Positions 20,991-30,340 of a DNA stretch of 64,000 nucleotides are shown one piece after another. Position numbers and translations under genes: made by a program. Below the pieces are notes generated by a model, which made no database searches, had not been told where the DNA came from, and saw only the letters and a program-made list of their open reading frames with translations. How positions within the stretch are numbered: the first letter of the stretch is position 1; every line of letters starts with the position of its first letter. Origin of the DNA: Vulcanimicrobiota bacterium (lineage in GTDB: Bacteria; Vulcanimicrobiota; Vulcanimicrobiia; Vulcanimicrobiales; Vulcanimicrobiaceae); NCBI GenBank assembly GCA_963777315.1, contig CAVZQC010000004.1, positions 128,001 through 192,000 of the forward strand. The letters run 5' to 3'.

Positions 20991-21254
20991 ATGGCGAAGA
21001 TCACACGGCAAGAAGCGCTCAAGACGCTCGTTCTCCCCGTTTTGGCTGCAGCAATCGGCAGCACGACGGCCGTCGCGGAGGCGAAATCGTCCAAAGGTCA
21101 GATGAAGTACCAAGATCACCCCAACCACGGCGACAAATGCGCGGGCTGCAAGCTCTTCATTCCGGGCAAAACCGCCAAGTCGATGGGTCAATGCCAGGTC
21201 GTCGCGGGTTCGATCAGTCCCAACGGTTGGTGCGTAGCGTACACGAAGAAATAG
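20991..21254 (+). CDS. High-potential iron-sulfur protein (HiPIP, small Iro-like)
   Basis: 'YQDHP..KCAGCKLF..GQCQVVAGSISPNGWC', four Cys; AAAGGA before ATG 20991; signal peptide ending AEA. Confidence 0.9.
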   Translation: MAKITRQEALKTLVLPVLAAAIGSTTAVAEAKSSKGQMKYQDHPNHGDKCAGCKLFIPGKTAKSMGQCQVVAGSISPNGWCVAYTKK

Positions 21255-21271
21255 GCGCGCCTTCGCGCCTA
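21252..21271. terminator. Hairpin between convergent genes
   Basis: TAGGCGCG-CCTT-CGCGCCTA perfect inverted repeat; no U-tract. Confidence 0.45.
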
Positions 21272-21272
21272 C

Positions 21273-22067
21273 TCAATCATGGTGGATAGGGCATGAAGCC
21301 AGCTCGTCGCGATGCGTGTAACAGTATGCGACGAGCGGATGCAGCGGCGTGCCCGGCGGCAGCGTGTAGTCGGCAGCCGGAACCGGCAGCGGAAAATGCT
21401 GTATCCCTAAACGGAACGGATCTGCGCCGGGCAAGTAGCGCAGCGGCCAGGGCACGATGCCGGTTTCCGTGGTCCCGTCCGGGTATTCCACCCAGTACCG
21501 CACGTAATAAAAATCGTAGCTTCCCATGCGCCACGACCGCACCGGCGTGAGGATTCCTTCACCACGCGGCGCCGTTCCCACTGCGCCGGCAAAATCGAAC
21601 GTGTAGCGCTTGGGCGCCTGCGGCGTTTGAACCGGCCGGGCTGCGCTTACGACCGGGTCGTTTTGCTGCCGCAGCCGCGCGATGGTATTTTCGAACGCCT
21701 GCTCCTGCTGGGCGGTTTCTACGCTGGTGCGCGCGTACGTCGTCTTCGGCGGCGCAACGTGCGGCGACCGCATATCGATTCGCGCGATTTCACGCCGCGC
21801 GGGCGCAGGTGCCGCAAGGCGGCGCCGCGTCCGCGGCACTTGCCTGCGCGGCGCCGGCATAGTGCGAACGGTGTGGTGCGCCGGACGCGGCCGCGTGCGG
21901 TGCGACGTGCGCACGGCGGTGGATCGGCTGACGTACACGACTTCCATCGGCGCCGGGCGAGCCGGCCGCCCGCGCGTGAGCCAAACCAGCAGCGGGGCAA
22001 TCGTGAAATGGAACGCGATCGAGAGCGCCAGACACCACAACAATGCTCGCGAAACGCGAATTCGCAA
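21273..22067 (-). CDS. Membrane-anchored protein with TonB-like N-terminus and Pro/Arg linker, unknown C-domain
   Basis: TM 'LLWCLALSIAFHFTIAPLLVWL' with S-x3-H; Pro/Arg-rich region; aromatic C-terminal domain. Confidence 0.6.
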   Translation of the reverse strand: MRIRVSRALLWCLALSIAFHFTIAPLLVWLTRGRPARPAPMEVVYVSRSTAVRTSHRTRPRPAHHTVRTMPAPRRQVPRTRRRLAAPAPARREIARIDMRSPHVAPPKTTYARTSVETAQQEQAFENTIARLRQQNDPVVSAARPVQTPQAPKRYTFDFAGAVGTAPRGEGILTPVRSWRMGSYDFYYVRYWVEYPDGTTETGIVPWPLRYLPGADPFRLGIQHFPLPVPAADYTLPPGTPLHPLVAYCYTHRDELASCPIHHD

Positions 22068-22070
22068 ATC

Positions 22071-22892
22071 CTATAGCCTGCCGACGATGCGCGCGCGCGC
22101 AAAATACCTCACGCCCGCGTGCTCGAGTATTGCTTTTCCGTCTCCACTGAGCACGAAGTCCATGAAAATTTTCGCCGCGCGCGGGTCGGGGGCATGCTGC
22201 AAACGCGCGATCGAATACGTGATGTCCTGCGACAAGTTCGTGCGCGCCGGCAGCTCCACCGTGCGCAATCCGCGGCCCGGAATCTCCGTGGAGTAAAAGA
22301 AACCGGCGTCCAGCTCCGCGCTCTCCACGCGTACGGCCAGATCTTCTTCGGGAAACGTCTGCGCCTTGCGCAGAACGCTTGCCGATTCGTTTTGGTTATG
22401 AAAGTACCGGCCCAACAGCTGCAGGACGCGTACGGTTCGAGCGCCTTTGGGATCCAGCTGCGGATCCGTGCGGCCGACCCGTATTGCGGGATCCGACAGC
22501 ACGTCGAGTATCGAGCGTTTGCCTTCGGATACCGCTTGGAACAGCTTGCGGTGCGGCGATTTGGCGGAATACGCAACGACCATGCGCGCACTGCCGAAAA
22601 TCGCGTAGCCTAAAATCGCGGGCGAGCGCGCGTGCATGAGCCCGTCGAGCAACTGCGCATCGGCGCTGATGAACGCATCCGGAACGCGCAGTCCGGCGGC
22701 GATCAAGTTCGCAAGGGCGTCGCTGCCCTTGGCTTCGCCTTGAAACTGTAGACCGGTGTGCCGCCGCAGCGACGCAGCGAGCGGCCCTTCCATCACGCGA
22801 ACCAGACTGCCCGAGTAAGCGACCGATACGGTACCATCGCTTGCGGGTACGACGGCAAGCAATGCGGCCAGCCCTATGGAAAGCACGTTCAT
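22071..22892 (-). CDS. Molybdate/tungstate-type ABC substrate-binding protein (ModA/WtpA-like)
   Basis: Signal peptide; 'VAYSGSL', 'KGS', 'PDAFISAD', 'GRTDPQLDPKG', 'DAGFFY'. Confidence 0.8.
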   Translation of the reverse strand: MNVLSIGLAALLAVVPASDGTVSVAYSGSLVRVMEGPLAASLRRHTGLQFQGEAKGSDALANLIAAGLRVPDAFISADAQLLDGLMHARSPAILGYAIFGSARMVVAYSAKSPHRKLFQAVSEGKRSILDVLSDPAIRVGRTDPQLDPKGARTVRVLQLLGRYFHNQNESASVLRKAQTFPEEDLAVRVESAELDAGFFYSTEIPGRGLRTVELPARTNLSQDITYSIARLQHAPDPRAAKIFMDFVLSGDGKAILEHAGVRYFARARIVGRL

Positions 22893-22973
22893 GAGGGCGC
22901 CTTACGCGACGTGTGGAGCGGGTCCCCCGGACGCTGCAGCGAATACGCGGCCATCTTTCAGGAGTAGCAAACA

Positions 22974-23231
22974 TTGACGCAAGCCCAGCATGAAATCAGC
23001 GGTGAAGCGCGCGCGGCCGACGGCCGGCAGCCGGCGCCGCAAAACGGAAACCTCGTGCGCACGCTGGTGTGGATCGGCATCGCGGGGTTTTCGGCGGCGC
23101 TTGCATTCACGGTCGTTCGCGCCGTGCTGTCCCGTCAGCCGGTCGATCCGACCAGCCGGCGGATTCAGCAGCTCATCGACGAGGCCAACCAGCTGCTCAA
23201 AACGCTTGACGATCAAAAGCACAGCGGCTGA
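22974..23231 (+). CDS. Small single-TM hypothetical protein
   Basis: AGGAG before TTG; TM 'LVWIGIAGFSAALAFTVV'; short coiled-coil-like C-terminus. Confidence 0.7.
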   Translation: MTQAQHEISGEARAADGRQPAPQNGNLVRTLVWIGIAGFSAALAFTVVRAVLSRQPVDPTSRRIQQLIDEANQLLKTLDDQKHSG

Positions 23232-24702
23232 TTCCAAGGCGCCGCTCAAAGCCGGCGCCGAAGTCGAACTGGCGTTCAACGATCTTCTGGCGAACGGACA
23301 GGCCGTCGGACGAACGGGCGGCATGGTCGTTTTCTGTTTCGGACCGCTGCCGCAGGAGCGCGCCGTCGTTCGCATTACCGCCGTCAAACCCAAGTATGCC
23401 GTTGCCGACGTAGTGACGATCACCGTGCGCTCACCCCAGCGCGCGCGCCCGTTTTGTCCGGTGTTCGGAACGTGCGGCGGCTGTCAGGTGCAGCACATGA
23501 GTTATCCCGCGCAGTTGGCGTGGAAGCGCGACGTGGTAAGGAACGCCTTGCGGCGCATCGGCGGTTTCGAGCAGGCCGAGGTTCGCGCTACGATCGGAAT
23601 GATCAATCCGCGCATGTATCGCAACAAAATGTCGCTCGTCGTGGATTCAAGGCAGTCGCCGGTGCGCTTGGGATTTTACCGCCAGCGTTCCCACGACGTC
23701 GTGCCGATAGCGGCCTGCCCGATCGTCATGCCCCGCCTGAACGCGCACATCGCGCAGCTCAACGAGATGCGGGTGCAGCCGGATACGGCCCCCGCCTTCG
23801 CCCAGACGCGCCACGTCGTGGCACGAACCTCGCAATCCACGCAGCAAAGCATCGTAACGTTTACAACTGCAGCGGAATCGCCGGCGCTGCGCGCGAGCGC
23901 GCCCTCGATCTTGCGCCGGTTGCCGGGGGCCCGAGGCGTGACGAATTCGTTCGACCTTTCCAGCGAGAATGCGATCTTGGGACGAAAGCAGAGCGTTCTG
24001 GCCGGGACGCCGCTAATCGAAGAATGGATTGCGGGTGTGCGCTACCGCGTTTCCGCCGGCTCGTTCTTCCAAGTCAATGTCGAGATCGTGGGCCGGATTT
24101 TCGAGTTCGTCCGCGCCGGACTGGATGTACCGCGCAAGATCGTCGACTTGTACTGCGGTGCGGGAACTTTCTCGCTGTATTTCGCGGCGCTCGGCAGCGA
24201 CGTGGTCGGCGTGGAGGAGAATCCGCAAGCCGTGCAAGAGGCGCGCGCGAATGCCTCGGTGAACGCGTTGCGCGGTTCCGTCCGATTTATTTGCGCTCGC
24301 GTAGAACAGGCGGTGCGCCGCGGGGAGGTTCGCGACGCGCTGCGCGCTGCGCACATCGCCTTTTTGGATCCCCCGCGCAAGGGCAGCGATCCCGCTACGC
24401 TTGAGGGGCTGGTTTACAGCCGGGTTGCAAATATCTGGTACCTTTCGTGCGATCCGGCCACCTTGGCCCGGGATTTGAAGTTTCTGGCGGCCAATGGTTA
24501 CCGGCTCGGCATCGTTCAACCGTTCGACATGTTTCCGCAGACCGGGCACGTCGAGACGCTCGTGACGATGTACCGGCAGTCGGCCATGCAGCAGCAGATC
24601 ATCGACCAAGCATTCAAGGATGCACCCACGCCGCAGTGGCCCCAAAACGAGGGGCTGCCGCCCGTGCAGGATCAGGAGTACCCGGACTTTGTCAACCGAT
24701 AA
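23206..24702 (+). CDS. rlmD: 23S rRNA m5U methyltransferase (RlmD/RumA family, TRAM domain)
   Basis: 'CPVFGTCGGC', 'SFFQVN', 'DLYCGAG', 'DPPRKG', 'YLSC', 'FDMFPQTGHVE'; likely TTG start 23206. Confidence 0.93.
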   Translation: MTIKSTAADSKAPLKAGAEVELAFNDLLANGQAVGRTGGMVVFCFGPLPQERAVVRITAVKPKYAVADVVTITVRSPQRARPFCPVFGTCGGCQVQHMSYPAQLAWKRDVVRNALRRIGGFEQAEVRATIGMINPRMYRNKMSLVVDSRQSPVRLGFYRQRSHDVVPIAACPIVMPRLNAHIAQLNEMRVQPDTAPAFAQTRHVVARTSQSTQQSIVTFTTAAESPALRASAPSILRRLPGARGVTNSFDLSSENAILGRKQSVLAGTPLIEEWIAGVRYRVSAGSFFQVNVEIVGRIFEFVRAGLDVPRKIVDLYCGAGTFSLYFAALGSDVVGVEENPQAVQEARANASVNALRGSVRFICARVEQAVRRGEVRDALRAAHIAFLDPPRKGSDPATLEGLVYSRVANIWYLSCDPATLARDLKFLAANGYRLGIVQPFDMFPQTGHVETLVTMYRQSAMQQQIIDQAFKDAPTPQWPQNEGLPPVQDQEYPDFVNR

Positions 24703-24985
24703 AATCGACGTTCGTTACGTCGCCAAGCTGGCGCGCATCGCTTTGAACGACGACGAGGTTGCGCGCTTGAGCGAACAGTTGGGCGATTTGCTGGCACACG
24801 TCGACGTACTTTCCGAGCTGGACGTCGCGTCCGTTCCGGCTACCGCGCAGGTCGTCGAGTCGCGCAACGTCGAGCGTGACGACGTCGTGCGCGCGTGCTT
24901 GGACCGCGAAACCGTTCTTTCCATGGCGCCCCAGCGGCAAGGCGCGTTCTTCCGCGTGCCGCGGATCATCGCCGGCGAGGGCTGA
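24689..24985 (+). CDS. gatC: Asp/Glu-tRNA amidotransferase subunit C
   Basis: 'VRYVAKLARI..FFRVPRII'; AGGAG then TTG 24689. Confidence 0.93.
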   Translation: MSTDKIDVRYVAKLARIALNDDEVARLSEQLGDLLAHVDVLSELDVASVPATAQVVESRNVERDDVVRACLDRETVLSMAPQRQGAFFRVPRIIAGEG

Positions 24986-24988
24986 CGG

Positions 24989-26479
24989 GTGGATAGCGGC
25001 GCCATTTTGGCCATGAGCGCGGCGAGCATCGCGCGCGCCGTCAACGAGCGTTCCGTTTCCGCAGCGCAGGTCACCGAGACCGTGCTCGCGCACGTCGACT
25101 GTCTCGACGACCGTCTGGGATGTTATTTGAGCCGGCTGCACGCATTGGCGCGCGAACATGCCGCGCGCGTGGACGATCGCGTGCGCGCAGGACAAACGCT
25201 GCCGCTTGCCGGCGTGCCCGTTGCGGTCAAAGACAACATGTGCTTGGCCGGCACGCGTACCACGTGCGGTTCCAAGATGCTGGAAAACTGGATCGCGCCC
25301 TACACCGCCACCGCGGTGCAGCGCATAGTGGATGCCGGCGGCATTCCGATCGGCAAGGCCAACATGGACGAGTTCGCGATGGGCAGCTCGTGCGAGAACA
25401 GCGCGCTCGGAACGACGCGCAACCCGTACGATCCCGATCGCGTTCCGGGCGGCAGTTCGGGCGGATCGGCCGCGGCAGTCGCCTCGCACCAAGCCGCGAT
25501 CGGTATGGGCAGCGATACGGGCGGATCGATCCGCGAGCCCGGCGCTTTTTGCAATGTCGTCGGATTCAAACCCACGTACGGGCGCGTGTCGCGGTACGGT
25601 TTAATCGCGTTCGCCTCCAGCCTGGATCAGATCGGCCCGCTCACGCGCACGGTGCAGGATGCAGCGCTGGCGTACGAGGCGATGGCCGGATACGACCCGA
25701 TGGACTCGACGAGCGTGAATCGCGCCGCCGAGCCGGCGTCGACTTCCCTGCGTTCCGATCTCAGGGGCTTGCGCATCGGCATCGTCAAGGAGTTTGCGAC
25801 CGAGAAACTCGGGCCGCAGATAGACGCGCTCTACCGGCGCGCGTATGAAGAACTGCGCGAGCTGGGCGCGCAGCTCGTCGATGTGTCGCTGCCCACGGCG
25901 GACTACGGTTTGGCGACGTACTATCTCATCGCGCCGGCCGAGTGCAGCAGCAACCTGGCCCGTTTCGACGGCGTGCGTTACGGTCTGCGCGTAGACGGCG
26001 GCGACGTCGGTCAAATGTACGAGCGTACGCGAGCCGCGGGTTTCGGGCCGGAGGTCAAGCGGCGCATTCTGATCGGCACGTACGCGCTTTCGAGCGGCTA
26101 CTACGACGCGTATTACGTACGCGCGCAAAAAGCGCGAACGATGTTCGCCGCGGACTTTACGCGCGCGTTCGAAAAATGCGATCTGATCGCATCGCCTGCG
26201 GCCAGTTCACCGGCGTTCGAATTCAACGCCAAGAGCGATCCGTACAGCATGTACATGATGGATTATTACACGATTCCGATGTCGCTGGCCGGTTTGCCGG
26301 CGCTGTCCGTGCCGTGCGGCTGGATCGATACGCCCGGGCGCGCCGGAAGAATGCCGATGGGGCTGCAACTGGCAGCGCCGTTGTTTGAGGAAGCCGCCTT
26401 GCTGTCGGCGGCGCACGCGTACGAACAGTCCACGCGGCATGCCGGCGAAGTCGATATTTTGGCGGCGTCTCCGGCATGA
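24989..26479 (+). CDS. gatA: Asp/Glu-tRNA amidotransferase subunit A
   Basis: Amidase signature 'GGSSGGSAAAV..GSDTGGSIR'; 'GFGPEVKRRILIGTYALSSGYYDAYY'. Confidence 0.97.
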   Translation: MDSGAILAMSAASIARAVNERSVSAAQVTETVLAHVDCLDDRLGCYLSRLHALAREHAARVDDRVRAGQTLPLAGVPVAVKDNMCLAGTRTTCGSKMLENWIAPYTATAVQRIVDAGGIPIGKANMDEFAMGSSCENSALGTTRNPYDPDRVPGGSSGGSAAAVASHQAAIGMGSDTGGSIREPGAFCNVVGFKPTYGRVSRYGLIAFASSLDQIGPLTRTVQDAALAYEAMAGYDPMDSTSVNRAAEPASTSLRSDLRGLRIGIVKEFATEKLGPQIDALYRRAYEELRELGAQLVDVSLPTADYGLATYYLIAPAECSSNLARFDGVRYGLRVDGGDVGQMYERTRAAGFGPEVKRRILIGTYALSSGYYDAYYVRAQKARTMFAADFTRAFEKCDLIASPAASSPAFEFNAKSDPYSMYMMDYYTIPMSLAGLPALSVPCGWIDTPGRAGRMPMGLQLAAPLFEEAALLSAAHAYEQSTRHAGEVDILAASPA

Positions 26480-27927
26480 AATACGAAGCAGTCATCGGCA
26501 TCGAGTGCCACGTCGAGCTCAAGACGCAGACCAAGATGTTCTGCTCGTGTCCAAATGAGTTCGGCGGTGAGCCCAACACCAAAGTCTGTCCGGTCTGTTT
26601 GGCATTGCCGGGCTCGCTGCCGGTGGCAAATGCGGCCGCAATCCAGCACATGATCGCGGCCGGCTTGGCATTCGGCGCCCGGATTCCGGCCTTCTCGAAG
26701 TTCGACCGCAAAAACTATTTCTATCCCGACATGCCGAAGAATTACCAGATATCGCAGTACGACATGCCGCTTACGCAGGGCGGCGCAGTCAGGTACTGGC
26801 TCGACGATGGTTCGATGAAAGAATGCCGCCTTACGCGGATCCATTTGGAAGAAGATACCGGCAAGTCCATGCATGCCGGCAGCGGCGACGGTCGAATCGC
26901 GGGCAGCAGTCATTCGCTGATCGATTTCAACCGCGCCGGCGTGCCGCTCATGGAGTGCGTCTCGGAACCCGACCTTCGCAGCGCTCAGGAAGCCGTCGCG
27001 TATTTGGAGTCCCTCAAGCGCACGTTCGTGCAGCTGGGCGTAAGCGACGTGAAGATGGAAGAAGGGTCGCTGCGCTGCGATGCCAACGTTTCGATTCGTC
27101 CCATCGGTACGGCGCAGCTCGGTACGAAGACCGAAATAAAAAACATGAACTCGTTTCGCTCGGTCCATCGGGCGATTGAAAGCGAAATCGAACGCCAGAT
27201 CGAGCTGGTCGAGTCCGGACGGCGCGTCGTGCAGGAAACGCGGGGCTGGGAGGAAGCTGCCGGGGTGACGCATTCGATGCGCAGCAAAGAGCTCGCGCAC
27301 GATTACCGCTACTTCCCGGATCCCGACCTGGTGCCGATGGAGATCGACCCCGCGGCGATCGAGCGCGTGCGAGAAACGGTTCACGTTTTGCCTTGGCAGC
27401 GCTTCGAACGCTATCACGGCGAATACGGCCTGGACGTCAAACCGGCCACCCAGCTGATCGATAACCTGCCGCTGGCGCAGTATTTTGAAAAATGCGTGCA
27501 GGCCGGCGCCGATCCGCAGCAGAGCATGAACTTCGTGCTCGGCGAGCTGTCGCGACTGGCCAACGAAACCGGCGTACCGGTCCATGAATCGCCCATAACC
27601 CCCGAGCATTTGGCCGAGCTGATCGAACTGGTGCAAGCCAAGACGGTCAACTCCAAGATTGCCAAAGAACTGCTGGAGCGCATGTGGCACGGCGACGGCG
27701 CTCCGCGTGCGATCGTCGAACGCGAAGGGTTGGCGCAGACCAGCGACAGCGGCGAGCTGGAGCAATTCGTCGGCGACGTGCTTGCGGCCAACGCGCAGGC
27801 CGCGGCAGATTACAAGGCCGGTAAAACCAACATTCTCGGGTTTCTGACCGGTCAAGTGATGAAGGCTTCCCGCGGCAAAGCCAATCCTGCGCTGGTTCAG
27901 GATTTGCTCAAGCAAAAGCTGGGCTAA
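26476..27927 (+). CDS. gatB: Asp/Glu-tRNA amidotransferase subunit B
   Basis: 'IGIECHVEL', 'FDRKNYFYPD', 'DYRYFPDPDL', 'GKANP'. Confidence 0.97.
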   Translation: MKYEAVIGIECHVELKTQTKMFCSCPNEFGGEPNTKVCPVCLALPGSLPVANAAAIQHMIAAGLAFGARIPAFSKFDRKNYFYPDMPKNYQISQYDMPLTQGGAVRYWLDDGSMKECRLTRIHLEEDTGKSMHAGSGDGRIAGSSHSLIDFNRAGVPLMECVSEPDLRSAQEAVAYLESLKRTFVQLGVSDVKMEEGSLRCDANVSIRPIGTAQLGTKTEIKNMNSFRSVHRAIESEIERQIELVESGRRVVQETRGWEEAAGVTHSMRSKELAHDYRYFPDPDLVPMEIDPAAIERVRETVHVLPWQRFERYHGEYGLDVKPATQLIDNLPLAQYFEKCVQAGADPQQSMNFVLGELSRLANETGVPVHESPITPEHLAELIELVQAKTVNSKIAKELLERMWHGDGAPRAIVEREGLAQTSDSGELEQFVGDVLAANAQAAADYKAGKTNILGFLTGQVMKASRGKANPALVQDLLKQKLG

Positions 27928-27937
27928 GCGCACCGTC

Positions 27938-30331
27938 GTGAGCGTGTCGAACGACGTCGAGGCCGTCGAACAGCAACCACCGCTCGCGGATGCCCGAACG
28001 CTCGAAACGCTCGACTTCGCAGCGGTGCGCGAACGCGTCGTTGCCGCCGCGAGCACGCAGCGCGGGCGCCGTTATGCCGCGCAGCTGAGCCCGCTTGCGG
28101 ATTTCGGCCGCGTGCGTGCCCAGCAAGCGGCCACGGCGCAAATCCGCGACCTTGTAGCCGTCGCCGACATGCACGTGCTGCCTGCGGCCGACACCGCCGA
28201 GCTCACCCAGCGCGCCGAAATCGGAACTCCATTGGCCGCTGCGGAGCTGCGCTCCGTCGGCGACGCGCTGTCGGCCGCCGCAGCCGCTTGGGCCAAAACG
28301 CGCGAACGGCCGAGCGGTCCGATCGAGGCGCTCACCGAGCGGTACCGCCCGCTCAAAGACCTCCAGCGCGCGCTCGTGGATGCGATCGACGAACGCGGCG
28401 TCGTGCTGGAACGCGCATCACCGGCGCTCGGGCGCATTCGTAAGAACATCGGTCAGGCGCAATCGCAAGCGCGCGACCGGGTCGGTGCGCTGCTGCGTTC
28501 CGCAAAATACGCCAAGGCGATTCAAGACGCGGTGGTGACGATACGCGAGGGGCGGTTCGTCGTACCCATCAAGGCGGAGTTCGGCGGAGAATTTCCCGGC
28601 ATCGTCCACGACACCAGTTCGAGCGGACAAACGCTATTCGTCGAACCGCTGGCCGCGCTGGATGACAACAATCGCGTGCGCACGCTGCTTTTGCAAGAAG
28701 AGCGCGAAATCGCTCGAATCCTGCAAGAGCTTTCCCGCCAAGTCGGCGCAGTCGCCGGTCAAATCGAAGCAAACGTCGAGATCCTGGCGGTGCTGGACGT
28801 CCTCGTCGCCAAAGCGCGTGTTGCCGCGGCGATGGACGCACGCGAACCCGAGCTCCTCGAAACGCCCACCTTAAGCATCCACGACGGTCGCCACCCGCTG
28901 CTGGGCGGGCGTGCCGTGCCGCAAACGCTCGAAATAGACGAAAGCGCGCGCCTGATCGTCATCAGCGGGCCGAACATGGGCGGCAAAACCGTGGCGTTGA
29001 AAATGGTCGGCTTGTTCGTGGCGATGACGTACGCCGGCATGCAGATTCCGGCGGGTGAAGGCAGCGCAATAGGGTGCTTTACGCGCGTCTTCACCGACAT
29101 CGGCGACGAGCAGTCGATCGTCGAGAACGCTTCGACGTTTTCCGCGCACATTCGACGGATGCGCCAGATCGTTGCGCAGGCGGACGAACGTTCGTTGGTG
29201 CTGGTCGACGAAATCGGCCAAGGCACGGAGCCGGCCAGCGGGGCCGCCCTGGCGGTCGCGATGCTCGAGCGTCTGTTGCAGGTACGCGCGGGCGGAATCG
29301 TGACCACGCACGCGACCGAACTCAAACTGTTCGCTCACCAGTCGCCCGGAGTCGTCAACGCGAGCGTTCGCTTCGACCCGCGTTCGTTTGCGCCGACGTA
29401 TCACTTGGACGTCGGAATGCCCGGTCAATCTCTGGCATTTCCGCTTGCGCGTTCGCTCGGCATACCGCCGGAGCTCATTGCACGCGCGGAATCGCTGCTG
29501 GGCACGCGCGAGCGGGATTACGAAAGTGCGCTCGCAGAGCTTTCCCAACTGAACGCGCAAGTACAGAGCGAGCGCGATGCTCTCGCGCGGGAACGCGCGC
29601 ACGTCGATCGCCTGCAGGACAATCTGCGTTCGCGCGGGCAGGCGTTGGAGCGCGAGCGGCGGCAGTTTGCAGGCGAAGCGGAAACGCGCCTGCAGGCGGC
29701 GTTGCGCGAATTCACCACCGAACTTGCTCGCCGCGCGGCCGAACAGCAGCGATCCGCGCGGCCGAAAGTCACCGCATCGCAAAGTGCGCTGTTCCAGCAC
29801 ACGATCGATGAAATGCGCCGCGATCTGAAGATCGAACGGCGCGAGGCAGCGAACGATGCTCAAACCCATCGTGGAGTACTGGAGCAGGGCGAGCCGGTTC
29901 GCGTGCTTTCCCTGAACCAAGACGCGACCGTCATTTCCGACAACGGCGACACGGTGCTCGTGAGCGTCGGGCCGATGAAGACCGTCGTGCAAAAGCGCGA
30001 CGTGGAGCGCGCAGGCGTCGCAGACCGTAAACCTGCCTCCGGAGAACGCAGTCGAGGCGGCCAAGCGCGCATGGAAGCCGCGGCGCGCACGACGGCCGAG
30101 CTCGACGTTCGCGGCAAACGGTACGTGGAAGCAGAACCGCTGGTCGATCGGTGGATCGATCAAGCCGTTCTTGCGGGAAGCTCGCCGCTGCGCCTGATCC
30201 ACGGCAAGGGCACGGGCATGCTCGGGCGCGGGCTGCAAGAGTTTCTGCGCGCGCATCCGCAGGTTGCCGAAGTGAGGTACGGCGACGAAAACGAAGGCGG
30301 CGGCGGCGTTACGATCTTCGAGCTAAAATAG
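27938..30331 (+). CDS. mutS2: MutS2 endonuclease / ribosome-collision sensor with Smr domain
   Basis: 'SGPNMGGKT', 'DIGDEQSI..STFS', 'TTH', Smr 'LDVRG..IHGKGTG'. Confidence 0.95.
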   Translation: MSVSNDVEAVEQQPPLADARTLETLDFAAVRERVVAAASTQRGRRYAAQLSPLADFGRVRAQQAATAQIRDLVAVADMHVLPAADTAELTQRAEIGTPLAAAELRSVGDALSAAAAAWAKTRERPSGPIEALTERYRPLKDLQRALVDAIDERGVVLERASPALGRIRKNIGQAQSQARDRVGALLRSAKYAKAIQDAVVTIREGRFVVPIKAEFGGEFPGIVHDTSSSGQTLFVEPLAALDDNNRVRTLLLQEEREIARILQELSRQVGAVAGQIEANVEILAVLDVLVAKARVAAAMDAREPELLETPTLSIHDGRHPLLGGRAVPQTLEIDESARLIVISGPNMGGKTVALKMVGLFVAMTYAGMQIPAGEGSAIGCFTRVFTDIGDEQSIVENASTFSAHIRRMRQIVAQADERSLVLVDEIGQGTEPASGAALAVAMLERLLQVRAGGIVTTHATELKLFAHQSPGVVNASVRFDPRSFAPTYHLDVGMPGQSLAFPLARSLGIPPELIARAESLLGTRERDYESALAELSQLNAQVQSERDALARERAHVDRLQDNLRSRGQALERERRQFAGEAETRLQAALREFTTELARRAAEQQRSARPKVTASQSALFQHTIDEMRRDLKIERREAANDAQTHRGVLEQGEPVRVLSLNQDATVISDNGDTVLVSVGPMKTVVQKRDVERAGVADRKPASGERSRGGQARMEAAARTTAELDVRGKRYVEAEPLVDRWIDQAVLAGSSPLRLIHGKGTGMLGRGLQEFLRAHPQVAEVRYGDENEGGGGVTIFELK

Positions 30332-30340
30332 CGTGCGCCG

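Noticed and set aside
22071..22892. Complete molybdate ABC operon
   Set aside because: No permease or ATPase gene is adjacent.
22990..23205. Long N-terminal extension of RlmD
   Set aside because: It overlaps a better-supported small membrane gene with an SD; TTG 23206 is the more plausible start.
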